NCBI GenBank assembly: GCA_036521975.1
Contig: DATDGT010000371.1
Span: forward strand, 702 to 64,701
From: Bryobacteraceae bacterium
GTDB lineage: Bacteria > Acidobacteriota > Terriglobia > Bryobacterales > Bryobacteraceae
DNA length: 64,000 nt
Reading direction: 5' to 3'
Below, one piece after another: positions 9,489 to 18,901 of the stretch (its first letter is position 1; every line of letters begins with the position of its first letter). The notes below the pieces were generated by a model, which saw only the letters and a program-made list of their open reading frames with translations, made no database searches and was not told the origin of the DNA. A program made the translations under genes and the position numbers.

Positions 9489-10805
9489 ATGATGAGGGAT
9501 TCACCGAAGAACGTCGCGGTGTTTGGCCTGGGTTATGTCGGATGCGTGACGGCCGCTTGCCTGGCTGAATTGGGGCACCGCGTCACCGGGGTCGACCGCG
9601 ACGAGGGAAAGGTCCACAGCATTTCTCAATCCCAGGCGCCTTTCTACGAACCGGGTTTGGGCGAAATCGTGGGCGAGGCCGTACGTTCCGGCCGGCTTCG
9701 AGCCACTCAATCACCCGCTGAGGCCCTCCATCAGGCGGACATCGCGCTGATCTGCGTGGGCACTCCCTCGGAGCGAAACGGAAACCTGGGCCTGGAGCAG
9801 TTGCGCCGCGTCCTGCAAGATATTCGGGACACCGTGGCGCGCTCCTCTCCCGCTCGGCCGCCGATTGTGGCCGTGCGCAGCACGGTCTTCCCCGGCACCT
9901 GCGAGGAAGTTGTCATCCCGGCTCTGGCCGCTTGCCCCGGTGTCCGGGTGGTCTCGAATCCTGAATTTTTGCGCGAGGGCTCCGCCGTACGCGACTTTCG
10001 TGAGCCCTCCCTGATCGTCGTGGGCGGATCGGATGCCGATGCCGTCCGTCAGACCGCGGATCTATACCAAGCGCTGGGGGTCGCCGCTCAACTGGTCTCC
10101 CTGCGTACGGCCGAAATGATCAAGTACGCCTGTAACGCTTTCCATGCCGTGAAAATCTCCTTCGCTAACGAGATGGGCGCGCTCGCGGCCCCGTTGGGCG
10201 TCGATCCTGCCGAGGTGATGCGGACGCTCTGTCAGGACGTACGCCTTAACATTTCGCCAGCTTATCTGCAGCCCGGTTTCGCTTTCGGCGGATCGTGCCT
10301 GCCCAAGGATCTACGGGCCTTGACCTATCGCGCCTCCCGCCTGGATTTGAATCTGCCGTTCTTGGAATCTGTGCTCGCGAGCAACCAGGAGCATCTCCGC
10401 CGCGCCATCCAGGACGTCTTCGATCTCGGCCCTCAACGTCTGGGCGTCGTCGGCTTGGCTTTCAAAGAGAATACCGACGATCTTCGCGAAAGTCCCGTTG
10501 TGACGCTGCTGGAATTTTTGATCGGCAAGGGCCGCGACGTGCGGGTGTACGATCCGCACATCCGTCTGGACCGCATTTACGGTTCCAATCGCGACTACAT
10601 CCTGAACGCGATCCCGCATATCGGCCGCCTGCTCACCGCGAATTTCCTGGAATTGACTAGCTGGGCCACGCACTTGGTGGTGGCACAGAACCCCGGCGCG
10701 GAACTAGCCCTGCAGATCCGTGCCAGTGGCCTTCCCGTGTTTAACCTCACCGCTCCTGGGCCGCCCCTAATGCATCATGCAGTCCACTATCGTAATCTGC
10801 CTTGA
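9489..10805 (+). CDS. nucleotide-sugar 6-dehydrogenase (GDP-mannose/UDP-glucose dehydrogenase family)
   Basis: The start is set at the ATG at 9489 (MMRDSPKNVAVFGLGYVGCVTAACLAELGH, a Rossmann fold). The catalytic motif is FGGSCLPKDLRAL. The upstream ORF extension 9174-9488 is antisense to the heparinase gene. Confidence 0.85.
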   Translation: MMRDSPKNVAVFGLGYVGCVTAACLAELGHRVTGVDRDEGKVHSISQSQAPFYEPGLGEIVGEAVRSGRLRATQSPAEALHQADIALICVGTPSERNGNLGLEQLRRVLQDIRDTVARSSPARPPIVAVRSTVFPGTCEEVVIPALAACPGVRVVSNPEFLREGSAVRDFREPSLIVVGGSDADAVRQTADLYQALGVAAQLVSLRTAEMIKYACNAFHAVKISFANEMGALAAPLGVDPAEVMRTLCQDVRLNISPAYLQPGFAFGGSCLPKDLRALTYRASRLDLNLPFLESVLASNQEHLRRAIQDVFDLGPQRLGVVGLAFKENTDDLRESPVVTLLEFLIGKGRDVRVYDPHIRLDRIYGSNRDYILNAIPHIGRLLTANFLELTSWATHLVVAQNPGAELALQIRASGLPVFNLTAPGPPLMHHAVHYRNLP

Positions 10806-10827
10806 CATGCTTGGACGGCTGCTCTCG

Positions 10828-11691
10828 CTAACGGGTCTTTCGCCAGTAGACGCCGCTTGTATCCACGGGAACGATTTCCTCCGTTATGCCCTCGCGATCC
10901 CGATAGTCACGCACCGCCTGTGCGCACGCTGAAATTCCGCCGTAATCGTCGATCAGGCAGTAACCTCCGGGCGAGAGCTTGGGGTAAAGATTGGAAAGCG
11001 CATCCCATGTCGACTCATACAAATCGCCGTCCAGCCGCATCAATGCCAATCTACCGATGGGCGCGACGGGGAGGGTATCGCAAAACCAACCCTTGATAAA
11101 TCGCACCCGATCGTCCAGAAGCCCGTAGCGGCGAAAGTTTTCCTGCACATCCTCCAGCGATACGGCGAGCTGCGGAAATTTGTAGAACGCCTCTTTGCGC
11201 TCCTCGGCGGCATCCGCCGGATAACGGTCGGGTTTCGGCTTTGGAACGCCCTCAAAGGAATCGGCGATCCATAGCGTCTTATCGGAAGCAGAGGCCATCA
11301 GAATTGCCTTTGCAAAAATGCAGGCCCCGCCGCGCCAGACGCCCGTCTCAATCACATCGCCAGGGATTTCATCCCGTAGAACGGCCTCAAGACACGTCCG
11401 AATGTTGGCGAGCCGCTTGCGTCCAATCATGGTCTGGCCCTGAGCGGGCCAATAAAGGCCTAATTCCCTGTCCTGGCTGGTAGGCCGCAGCCGCTTAAAA
11501 ACATAATAGTCTTTTTTACTCAGCAATCGTTTGATTGGCTGAAACAGGCGAGCCTGCCAACTGTCGGCGCGAAATTGAAGGATCGCGTACTCGTCTGGAT
11601 AAATCGCCCCCGTCAAGCAAGTGATGAGCAACTCGATGTATCGCTCGTATAACTCGTCACGACTGATTACGTTCTGGGCGGCGGCCCCCAT
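10828..11691 (-). CDS. TylF/MycF-type (macrocin-O-methyltransferase family) SAM methyltransferase
   Basis: 287-aa ORF with GDVIETGVWRGGACIF, ADSFEGVP and LMRLDGDLYESTWDAL..LSPGGYCLIDDYG. Confidence 0.8.
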   Translation of the reverse strand: MGAAAQNVISRDELYERYIELLITCLTGAIYPDEYAILQFRADSWQARLFQPIKRLLSKKDYYVFKRLRPTSQDRELGLYWPAQGQTMIGRKRLANIRTCLEAVLRDEIPGDVIETGVWRGGACIFAKAILMASASDKTLWIADSFEGVPKPKPDRYPADAAEERKEAFYKFPQLAVSLEDVQENFRRYGLLDDRVRFIKGWFCDTLPVAPIGRLALMRLDGDLYESTWDALSNLYPKLSPGGYCLIDDYGGISACAQAVRDYRDREGITEEIVPVDTSGVYWRKTR

Positions 11692-11826
11692 GCGGTCACG
11701 CTACCGGTAGTCTAACACTTTCGCCGGTCCGCGATATTCGAACCACGTGACGCTGAGCCCGCGCTGTTGGCGACCTTACCTGAATCTCGCCTGATATCGC
11801 GGAACTTTGGATTCGGCAAGCGGCCT

Positions 11827-12792
11827 TTAAATTTGAAGAATTAACTTTCCGCGGGTCTTCCGGTCCTCCAGGTACTGCTGCGCCTGCGCGGCGTCGGCGA
11901 GTTTAAAGCTCTGGTCGATGCGCACCTTCAGCCTCCCCTGTTGGAGCCAGGCAAACAGATCCGAACTGCCGCGGGCCAGTTCCTCCGGGCCAAGGTGGTT
12001 GCCCAAAGTGGGCCGCGTGACGTATAGCGATCCTTTCGTGAGCAGGAGCAGGATGTCGAAGGCTTCCACGGGTCCGCTGGATTGGCCGAAGCTGACCATC
12101 ATGCCGCAAGGTTTTAGGCAGTCCAGTCCTTTTAGAAACGTCGCGCGGCCCACCGAATCGTAGACCACGTCCACGCCCGCGGCGCCGTTCGCCTTCTTCA
12201 CTTCCGCCACCCAGTCATCGTGATCGTAAAGAATGACATGATCGGCACCGGCCTCGCGGGCGATTTCCGCCTTTTCCGGCGAGCCAGCCGTGCCGATCAC
12301 GCGCGCGCCTGCCATCTTCGCTATCTGCACCAGCAGTCCGCCCGTGCCTCCCGCCGCCGCGTGAATCAACGCCGTATGACCGGGCTTCAAGGGAAAGGTC
12401 GAGTGCGAAAGATAATAGGCCGTCATCCCTTGCAGCATGACGGCCGCGGCGTCGCGCAGCTCGACGCGTTCGGGAACACGCACCAGAAATTTTGCGGGAA
12501 CCGATTGATACTCCGCATAGGAACCGCGCGCCATGGAGTACGCGACGCGATCCCCGGCTTGGAACGCGTGGACGCCCTCGCCCGTTTTCTCCACTACCCC
12601 TGCCCCTTCGGAGCCCAAAATCGCAGGCAGAGGCATCGGATACAGCCCCTTGCGATGGTAGGTATCGACCATATTCACGCCCGAGAAGGCGATCTTCACC
12701 AGCGCTTCGCCGGGACCCGGCGCGGGCACGGGACGCTCGCCGTATTGGAGAACCTCGATACCGCCATTCTTTTCGATATAGACAGCATTCAT
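11827..12792 (-). CDS. qor: NADPH:quinone oxidoreductase (zinc-type ADH/MDR superfamily)
   Basis: The start is set at the ATG at 12792 (MNAVYIEKNGG...). It has AAAGGTGGLLVQIAKMAGARVIGTAGS. The ATGA overlaps the stop of the upstream ORF. Confidence 0.8.
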   Translation of the reverse strand: MNAVYIEKNGGIEVLQYGERPVPAPGPGEALVKIAFSGVNMVDTYHRKGLYPMPLPAILGSEGAGVVEKTGEGVHAFQAGDRVAYSMARGSYAEYQSVPAKFLVRVPERVELRDAAAVMLQGMTAYYLSHSTFPLKPGHTALIHAAAGGTGGLLVQIAKMAGARVIGTAGSPEKAEIAREAGADHVILYDHDDWVAEVKKANGAAGVDVVYDSVGRATFLKGLDCLKPCGMMVSFGQSSGPVEAFDILLLLTKGSLYVTRPTLGNHLGPEELARGSSDLFAWLQQGRLKVRIDQSFKLADAAQAQQYLEDRKTRGKLILQI

Positions 12793-13355
12793 AGCATTCG
12801 TATCCTTCTTCGCAGGTGTATTGTGCAAGCGTAAAGGATCAGATAGGTGAGCGTCAACGGGAACAGAAAGAAGCGCACCAGCGCCGGCACGGCCGCCGAT
12901 CCGGTCAAGCCCGCGCGGTAGGCGACGAAGCGCCGGATGAGTCCGCGATGCGCCCAATCCAGCCAGAAATAATCGGCGTTCTCATTAATCACGAAAATCT
13001 TCGCGGGAAGTTTGCCGGCGAGCCACCATTTCCACTTGGTCATGATCGGCTCGGCCGAGCAGATCATTCCGGCCACCGTATACTCGCGCGGGCCAAGATC
13101 CGCCCACAATCGCCCGCGCCCGCCCGGACCGTAGGCGGTGACCCGCAGGATTCGGCCGTTCACGCCTTGGGGCTCGCCAGGGTAGCACGTAACCAGATCG
13201 AACTCCGTATCTTCGCCGAGCATCGCGCGCAGCGACGGAATAGCCGCTTCGATCAATTTCCGGGAACCGCTTTCAATCAGCAGCACTCGCTTTGAAGCCG
13301 GGAAATGGCGTCGGAAGAAATAGCGCAAGACCGATCTTAACAACATGCGCCACAA
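12789..13355 (-). CDS. hypothetical protein with a C-terminal hydrophobic segment
   Basis: 188-aa ORF with a 4-bp overlap onto qor. I recognise no family. Confidence 0.45.
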   Translation of the reverse strand: MWRMLLRSVLRYFFRRHFPASKRVLLIESGSRKLIEAAIPSLRAMLGEDTEFDLVTCYPGEPQGVNGRILRVTAYGPGGRGRLWADLGPREYTVAGMICSAEPIMTKWKWWLAGKLPAKIFVINENADYFWLDWAHRGLIRRFVAYRAGLTGSAAVPALVRFFLFPLTLTYLILYACTIHLRRRIRML

Positions 13356-13381
13356 GCCGTTATAATTTAGCTGGAGGCACT

Positions 13382-13999
13382 ATGACCCGATCATCGGCGT
13401 GGGGGGTAGCTTCGGCCATTGCAGTGGCGGCTATTTGCGGCGCGACCTGGTATGCGCGGCATCGCGTGGTTGTCAATGAAACGAAGTCCGCCGTTCAGGA
13501 GCAATTCGACCGCAGCGAATTGATTTCCAAGCCCGCTCCGGATTTCAGCTTAACCGACGCCACGGGTGAGACCGTCAAGCTCTCGGACCAAAAGGGCAAA
13601 GTCGTTCTGCTGAATTTCTGGGCTACGTGGTGCGGACCGTGCAAGGTCGAGATCCCCTGGTTCATCAGTTTCCAGCAGCAATACAAAGACCGCAATTTCA
13701 CCGTTCTGGGCGTGGCTTTCGACGACGACGGTTGGACTTCGGTGAAACCGTACCTGGCCGAACATAAAATCAATTACCGCGTCGTCGTCGGCAACGACGC
13801 TTTGGATAAAGCCTACGGTGGAGTCGAATCGCTTCCCACCACCTTCCTCATTGGCCGCGACGGACGAATCGCCAGCAAGCACGTCGGACTGATCAGCAAG
13901 CCGGCCTATCAGGAAGAGATCTCGCGGCTGCTCCAGGCGCCCGCGACGGGAAGCGAAAATCTCGGCCTTCTGCATCCGCCTTCCGTGCCGCGCCCGTGA
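13382..13999 (+). CDS. TlpA-family thiol:disulfide oxidoreductase (membrane-anchored thioredoxin fold)
   Basis: The start is at ATG 13382 with a TM anchor (AWGVASAIAVAAICGATWY). It has the WATWCGPC active site. Confidence 0.8.
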   Translation: MTRSSAWGVASAIAVAAICGATWYARHRVVVNETKSAVQEQFDRSELISKPAPDFSLTDATGETVKLSDQKGKVVLLNFWATWCGPCKVEIPWFISFQQQYKDRNFTVLGVAFDDDGWTSVKPYLAEHKINYRVVVGNDALDKAYGGVESLPTTFLIGRDGRIASKHVGLISKPAYQEEISRLLQAPATGSENLGLLHPPSVPRP

Positions 14000-14008
14000 G
14001 GTTTTAAC

Positions 14009-14998
14009 TTGACGAAACCCGCTCTCTGGATCGGAGCCGCAGCGATCGCCGCGTATCTATCATTCGCCACGTTTGAAGAACCGGACAGGCCCTATCTCCA
14101 GCCCGAGCGGGATCGCAAACCAGCGCCGGATTTTATTTTGAAGGACTCGAGCGGAGCGGCGACCAAGCTTTCCGATTATCGCGGGCAGGTGGTGCTGCTG
14201 AATTTCTGGGCGAGCTGGTGCGGACCCTGCCGGGAAGAAATCCCCTGGTTCACCGAGTTCGAGCGGCAATTCAAGGATCGCGGCTTCACCGTGCTGGGCG
14301 TGGCCTTTGACGAACGAGGCTGGACTACCGTCAAGCCCTACATGAAGTGGAGCAACATCGATTATTCCGTATCGTTGGGTGGCGCAGATCTGATGACGCT
14401 TTACGGCGGTGTGGACGCCTTACCCGAGACGTTCATGATCGACCGCCAGGGCCGGATCGCGAGGATGCACATCGGAGCGGCTGGGAAAAGCACGTACCGG
14501 AAAGAAATTTTGGACCTTCTTAGCTCTGAGTCGTCAGTTGTCAGTTATCAGTTGTCGGTTATCCGTGGTCAGTTCACGGCATTTGCCCAATCCGCAGTCG
14601 TGCTCGCGGTTACCGCTTCAATGCCCGTGCAGGCGAAAATCGGAGCGACCGTGGACGCCAAACTTCCTCTCGAACTGCGTTCCGGTTATCATGTCCAGAG
14701 CAACACTCCCACGGACAAGTACCTGATCCCTTTGAAGCTCACCTGGAATCCTGGACCGCTTCAGCCCGCGGCCGTAGTCTATCCCAAACCCCTCATGGAA
14801 AAATACAGCTTTTCGCCGCAGCCTCAGTCGGTGTTCTCAGGTAATTTCGAGCTGACCACGAAATTCAAAGTCCCCGCCGGCGCTATCGCCGGACCCACGG
14901 CCATGACCGGCAAGCTACGCTATCAGGCCTGCAACGACACCATGTGCCTGCCCCCCAGGAACATGGATGTGAGCCTGCAAGTGGACATCATCAGGTAG
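14009..14998 (+). CDS. TlpA-like thioredoxin domain fused to a DsbD-N/DsbC-like domain
   Basis: TTG start. WASWCGPC lies in the N-terminal half. The C-terminal half (KLPLELRSGYHVQSN...KLRYQACNDTMCLPP) resembles the DsbD N-terminal domain. The linker is encoded by a heptamer repeat. Confidence 0.7.
   Translation: MTKPALWIGAAAIAAYLSFATFEEPDRPYLQPERDRKPAPDFILKDSSGAATKLSDYRGQVVLLNFWASWCGPCREEIPWFTEFERQFKDRGFTVLGVAFDERGWTTVKPYMKWSNIDYSVSLGGADLMTLYGGVDALPETFMIDRQGRIARMHIGAAGKSTYRKEILDLLSSESSVVSYQLSVIRGQFTAFAQSAVVLAVTASMPVQAKIGATVDAKLPLELRSGYHVQSNTPTDKYLIPLKLTWNPGPLQPAAVVYPKPLMEKYSFSPQPQSVFSGNFELTTKFKVPAGAIAGPTAMTGKLRYQACNDTMCLPPRNMDVSLQVDIIR
14528..14576 (+). repeat. degenerate heptanucleotide tandem array (CAGTTRT x6-7) inside a CDS
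   Basis: The units are gagtcgt/cagttgt/cagttat/cagttgt/cggttat/ccgtggt/cagttca. They are translated as SSVVSYQLSVIRGQF between two domains. Confidence 0.75.
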
Positions 14999-15075
14999 CC
15001 GGACGCTCCGGCGCCCGCTAATCTTTGGAGAAACTCGCGCACAACGGACTCGCCGGGCCCGGCGGCCTGTGCGCT

Positions 15076-16749
15076 TTACAGCGCGCTCCGGAGATCGCCT
15101 CTCTTAGCACTCCGGATAAGATTGTCCGCCGCGCGGAACGAAAGCGCCTGAATGGTCATGGTCGGGTGATTGCGACCGCCGGTGACGAAGCTGCTGCCGT
15201 CCACGATGAACAGATTGGGCACGTCGTGGGCTTTGTGATATTTGTCCACCACCGACGTCTTCGGATCGTTGCCCATCCGGCAGGTGCCGCGATTATGAGC
15301 GCCTCCGCGCGTGTCGTTGACCGGGGGTGCCCAAACCTTCTTGGCCCCGGCTGCTTGCAGAATCTCGATGGATTTCTGCCGGAAAAATTCCATGTTCTTG
15401 ATGTCGTCGGGATGACTCGTCGAGGTGATCCGCATGGCCGGCAGACCCCAATCGTCTTTCACGTCGGGGTCCAAATCCACACGATTGGTTTCCAGCGGCA
15501 TCTGCGTGACGAAGCAGTTGATGGTCATTCTGTGGTTGGCTTCTTCGCGGAGAGCCTTTTTGTATCCGGCGCCCCAACGCGGCGCGTCCGGAGACAACCC
15601 ATCCAATCCAAGATCGAGAGGCGTAAGATAGCCGCGAGCTGTCAGCCGTCCGCCGCCATAGAAGCCGCGCTTGGGATCCGAACCGACGTAGTCTACGATG
15701 GCCGCGCCGGAGATGACGCCCTTATATTCGTTGAGCGGATGCTCGAACAGCGCGCTCGCGCCAGCCCCGTTTCCGACCATGAAATACCTTCCCACCAGGC
15801 CGCTGGAATTGGCGAGGCCGTTGGGGAATCGCGCGGATTTCGACAGCAGCAGAAGACGCGCCGATTCCGAACCGTTGGCGGACAACACCACGGCCTTCGC
15901 CTTTTGCTGAACCTCTCGCCTTTGCGCATCGAAATAGATTACGCCCGTCACTCGACCGGCATTGTCAACGGAAATTTCCCGCACATAGCTCCGCGGTCGA
16001 ATTTCGCAGCGGCCTGTCTTTTCGGCGAGCGGAAGCATGGTCACCGCGGAACTGGATCGCGCTCGTACCTGGCACCCATAGCCCGAGCAGATTCCGCAGT
16101 TGACGCATGCGGCCCGCCCCATATAGGGCTTGGTAATAATGGCTAAAGGTCCGGGAACGACGGTCAATCCGAGCTTGGCCGCGGCGACGTTGAACAGCGC
16201 GCCCGAACTTTTCAGCGGTACGGGCGGTACGGGATATTCCTTCGACATCGGCGCGACAAACGGTGAATTCACCCTAAGACCGGAGATGCCCATTTCCCAT
16301 TCGGCTTGCGTATAGTAGGGTTCGAGTTCCTCGTACGTAACGGGCCAATCGGCCATGCCGGTGCCCGACGGAATGGTGGGATCGCGCGAAGCTTCGTTGA
16401 ACTCCCACGGCAGATGGCGCCAACTGCTGCCGCCGTATGTGACCGTGCCCCCGCCCACCACGCAGCCATAACTGTGCGTGCCGGCAACTGTTTTCTCTTT
16501 GTCGTTCCGGCGGAAAGTGTTGCGCTGGCGCGAGGGGTCGCTCATGAGCCGGTCGTCTTCGCTCAAGTTGCGATTCAGCCACTCGTCTTTGTTGTACTCG
16601 TGTTCGCGGCCATATTTGCCCCAGCCTCCCTGCTCCAGGACCACGACCGAAAAACCGGCCGTGGATAATTGCTTGGCCATGATGCCGCCGGCGGCGCCCG
16701 ATCCGATGACCACGAAATCGACTGCGGTAGATGGCGAATACTGTTTCAT
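15076..16749 (-). CDS. GMC-family FAD oxidoreductase (gluconate 2-dehydrogenase flavoprotein-like)
   Basis: 557-aa ORF with DFVVIGSGAAGGIMAKQL (the FAD GxGxxG motif) and a C-terminal HPTMTIQAL. Confidence 0.8.
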   Translation of the reverse strand: MKQYSPSTAVDFVVIGSGAAGGIMAKQLSTAGFSVVVLEQGGWGKYGREHEYNKDEWLNRNLSEDDRLMSDPSRQRNTFRRNDKEKTVAGTHSYGCVVGGGTVTYGGSSWRHLPWEFNEASRDPTIPSGTGMADWPVTYEELEPYYTQAEWEMGISGLRVNSPFVAPMSKEYPVPPVPLKSSGALFNVAAAKLGLTVVPGPLAIITKPYMGRAACVNCGICSGYGCQVRARSSSAVTMLPLAEKTGRCEIRPRSYVREISVDNAGRVTGVIYFDAQRREVQQKAKAVVLSANGSESARLLLLSKSARFPNGLANSSGLVGRYFMVGNGAGASALFEHPLNEYKGVISGAAIVDYVGSDPKRGFYGGGRLTARGYLTPLDLGLDGLSPDAPRWGAGYKKALREEANHRMTINCFVTQMPLETNRVDLDPDVKDDWGLPAMRITSTSHPDDIKNMEFFRQKSIEILQAAGAKKVWAPPVNDTRGGAHNRGTCRMGNDPKTSVVDKYHKAHDVPNLFIVDGSSFVTGGRNHPTMTIQALSFRAADNLIRSAKRGDLRSAL

Positions 16750-17369
16750 GCTCGTTTCTCCTTCCGGCCTTTCTCACTTCCGAATGGCGCCGGCTGCGGC
16801 TGCGCGTCGTAGTAGCCGAATGGCGGTTTGTGGTTCAGCGAATCGTTGTACCCGATCAATTTCCAGCCGATCTTGTCGTAGTTGCCTTCGTGCACCGGGC
16901 GCGCGAAAAACCCGATGACGGTATGCGTGCGCACCATGTTGAAGAACGGCGTCTTCTCGACGGCGGTGAGCGTTTTGATCTGCTGCTCGGAAGTCAGCGA
17001 CGAAAATTTTTGGGCGCCCGGATAAAGCTGCTGCACTTTCGCTTGAAGATCGCGCAAGCCCTGGACATAGGCGGGCTGGCTGGTCTTAAGGAAAGTCGCG
17101 AGCGCACGATCGATGAAGTACACGCAGTGCGCTTCCCGCGCGCCGGGTGTTTCATCGGTGGGAATGATCTGCGCCGTTATGGCCTCGATCTCCACGGCCT
17201 GGTCCTGAGTGAAGACCTGGAGGCGCGGAAGCTGCCCCGACTTCGCGGCCTGCTGCACGTGATCCTGCGCGGCAAGGATGCTGTGGTAATTCGCCGCGAC
17301 CCACGCCGCGTTCAAACCCGCCATGGATTGGGCCAAAAACGATCGCCGCGATTTCTTTTTGACGCTCAT
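16746..17369 (-). CDS. gluconate 2-dehydrogenase subunit 3-family protein (Tat-exported)
   Basis: 207-aa ORF with the Tat motif SRRSFLAQSMAG. It has a 4-bp overlap with the downstream GMC gene. Confidence 0.7.
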   Translation of the reverse strand: MSVKKKSRRSFLAQSMAGLNAAWVAANYHSILAAQDHVQQAAKSGQLPRLQVFTQDQAVEIEAITAQIIPTDETPGAREAHCVYFIDRALATFLKTSQPAYVQGLRDLQAKVQQLYPGAQKFSSLTSEQQIKTLTAVEKTPFFNMVRTHTVIGFFARPVHEGNYDKIGWKLIGYNDSLNHKPPFGYYDAQPQPAPFGSEKGRKEKRA

Positions 17370-17925
17370 GCGCCCTCCTGTTTCTGTAGTCGGCTACACC
17401 ACTCGATTCTACTCTTCTGTGGCGCTGGGTGGAATCGCGATTCAGTGCCGCGTGCCCTGATCTGTCGCTAAGCCCGGAAGGTTCAGCGGACCGCTCCCTT
17501 CGGTCGCGGCTCTGTTTGAGCTCCGATTGGCTCTCTGCTCCCTGCACCGGGAAAACACTCCGATCATCATCTGAATCAGTAATTTGGCGTTCATCCCAGG
17601 CGGCAAAAATATGCGCGAATAGATGTCAAATTTCGACCGATTTTCGATGGACACAGTGCTTTCCCCGTTGATCTCAAGAGGTTACAGCCCTTGCTAATCG
17701 AGGTTCGTCACGAGAACCGCTGAGCGGTTTGTGCGATGTATCCGCCTTGCATCTACGGCTTCGTTCAACTCAGCCGCAGAGCACGGGGCTCGGTTATCCC
17801 GAAGGTTTCCGTACCAGAGGATCTCATTGACGCTGCATTTGTCGAGACCGGGGATGCCGCATGAACGCTATGGCGTCACCGGATTCGGGGGGCGAAGCGC
17901 TGGATGCAGCGAATCCAGAATTGAT

Positions 17926-18003
17926 TGGCGTCCCCAGGGGGATTCGAACCCCCGTTACCGCCGTGAAAGGGCGATGTCCTAGGCCGGGCTAGACGATGGG
18001 GAC
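17926..18003 (-). tRNA. tRNA-Glu (anticodon TTC), CCA encoded
   Basis: The reverse complement is GTCCCCATCGTCTAGCCCGGCCTAGGACATCGCCCTTTCACGGCGGTAACGGGGGTTCGAATCCCCCTGGGGACGCCA. It folds as a cloverleaf and is close to E. coli tRNA-Glu. The anticodon loop is CTTTCAC. Confidence 0.93.
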
Positions 18004-18010
18004 GCGGGCA

Positions 18011-18337
18011 CTACAAAGTCTTCAGGTACGCGATCAGGTCTGACTTTTCCTGATCGTTTAACTGATCGGCAAAACCCGGCATGCCCTTTTCCGGGCTGCC
18101 GTTATTGATGAACTCCAGCACGTTCGTGTCGCTGACTTTCTTCTTGTTCGCTAGTTCCGTCTTCTTAAACAAACCCTTGAGACCTGGGCCGATCTTCTGT
18201 TCCACGCTATCGGGGTTGTGGCACACCGAGCAGTTTTGCTCGAAGACATCCTTGCCTTTGCCCGCGTCGCCCGCGGCCCACGCGGCCGCGCCCGCCGATA
18301 GTATTCCCGCCGCCACAGCCATCTTGCTCTTATTCAT
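18011..18337 (-). CDS. class I c-type cytochrome (exported)
   Basis: 108-aa ORF with a signal peptide, the CSVCHN heme motif and a distal Met (GMPGF). Confidence 0.85.
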   Translation of the reverse strand: MNKSKMAVAAGILSAGAAAWAAGDAGKGKDVFEQNCSVCHNPDSVEQKIGPGLKGLFKKTELANKKKVSDTNVLEFINNGSPEKGMPGFADQLNDQEKSDLIAYLKTL

Positions 18338-18430
18338 CGGAGTCTCTTTTCCTGGAAGACCGCTCCATGGCGGTCGCGGCTCGGTTATCAGCCGCGATCG
18401 GCCTCTCCATCTAGTCTACAATCACCAAAT

Positions 18431-18901
18431 ATGAGCCTCCAAACCGGCGACCCGGCGCCGGATATTCGCTCGGGCGCGTTTCAGCTTTCGAAACTCCGCG
18501 GCAAGACCGTGGTTGTCTATTTTTTCCCGAAGGCGGACACGCCCGGATGCACCAAGGAGTCGTGCGAATTCCGTGATGCCTCCAAGCGCTTTACCCATCT
18601 GAACGCGGAGATTGTGGGAGTTTCGCCGGACAAAGCGCCGGCACAAGAACGCTTCGCGGCGAAGTATGGATTGCCCTTTACATTGGTTCCGGATCCCGAT
18701 CACGCCATCGCCGAAGCTTACGGCGTCTGGAAGGAGAAGAGCATGTACGGGCGCAGCTACATGGGAATCGAGCGGAGCACCTTCATCGTGAACCCACAGG
18801 GCAAGATCGCGAAAATTTTTCCCAACGTCAAGGTTACCGATCATGTGGCCGCTGTCCTCGAATCGCTTTCCGGGAAAGGGTCGCTTTCCGGGAAAGCATG
18901 A
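18431..18901 (+). CDS. bcp: thioredoxin-dependent peroxiredoxin Bcp
   Basis: 156-aa ORF with FFPKADTPGCTKESCEFRD. The 3' end carries an 18-bp tandem duplication. Confidence 0.85.
   Translation: MSLQTGDPAPDIRSGAFQLSKLRGKTVVVYFFPKADTPGCTKESCEFRDASKRFTHLNAEIVGVSPDKAPAQERFAAKYGLPFTLVPDPDHAIAEAYGVWKEKSMYGRSYMGIERSTFIVNPQGKIAKIFPNVKVTDHVAAVLESLSGKGSLSGKA
18863..18896 (+). repeat. 18-bp tandem duplication, each unit containing the palindrome CTTTCCGGGAAAG
   Basis: TCGCTTTCCGGGAAAGGG is followed by TCGCTTTCCGGGAAAG. This encodes SLSGKG-SLSGKA at the bcp C-terminus and ends 1 nt before the SDR start codon. Confidence 0.9.

Noticed and set aside
15025-16146. Long antisense ORFs opposite real genes (for example 15025-16146, 18834-19694, 7295-8305, 41795-42685, 42235-42996, 50978-52255, 52057-53337, 59487-60488)
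   Set aside because: These are typical high-GC shadow ORFs. They have Arg/Ala/Gly/Pro-rich, low-complexity translations and no family motifs, and each lies opposite an ORF with clear homology signatures.
17370-17925. 550-bp intergenic region next to tRNA-Glu as a candidate structured ncRNA (SRP, 6S, riboswitch)
   Set aside because: I could not find any signature motif of the common ncRNA families by eye. Only a short 6-bp hairpin (17901-17918) is present. It stays unannotated pending an Rfam scan.
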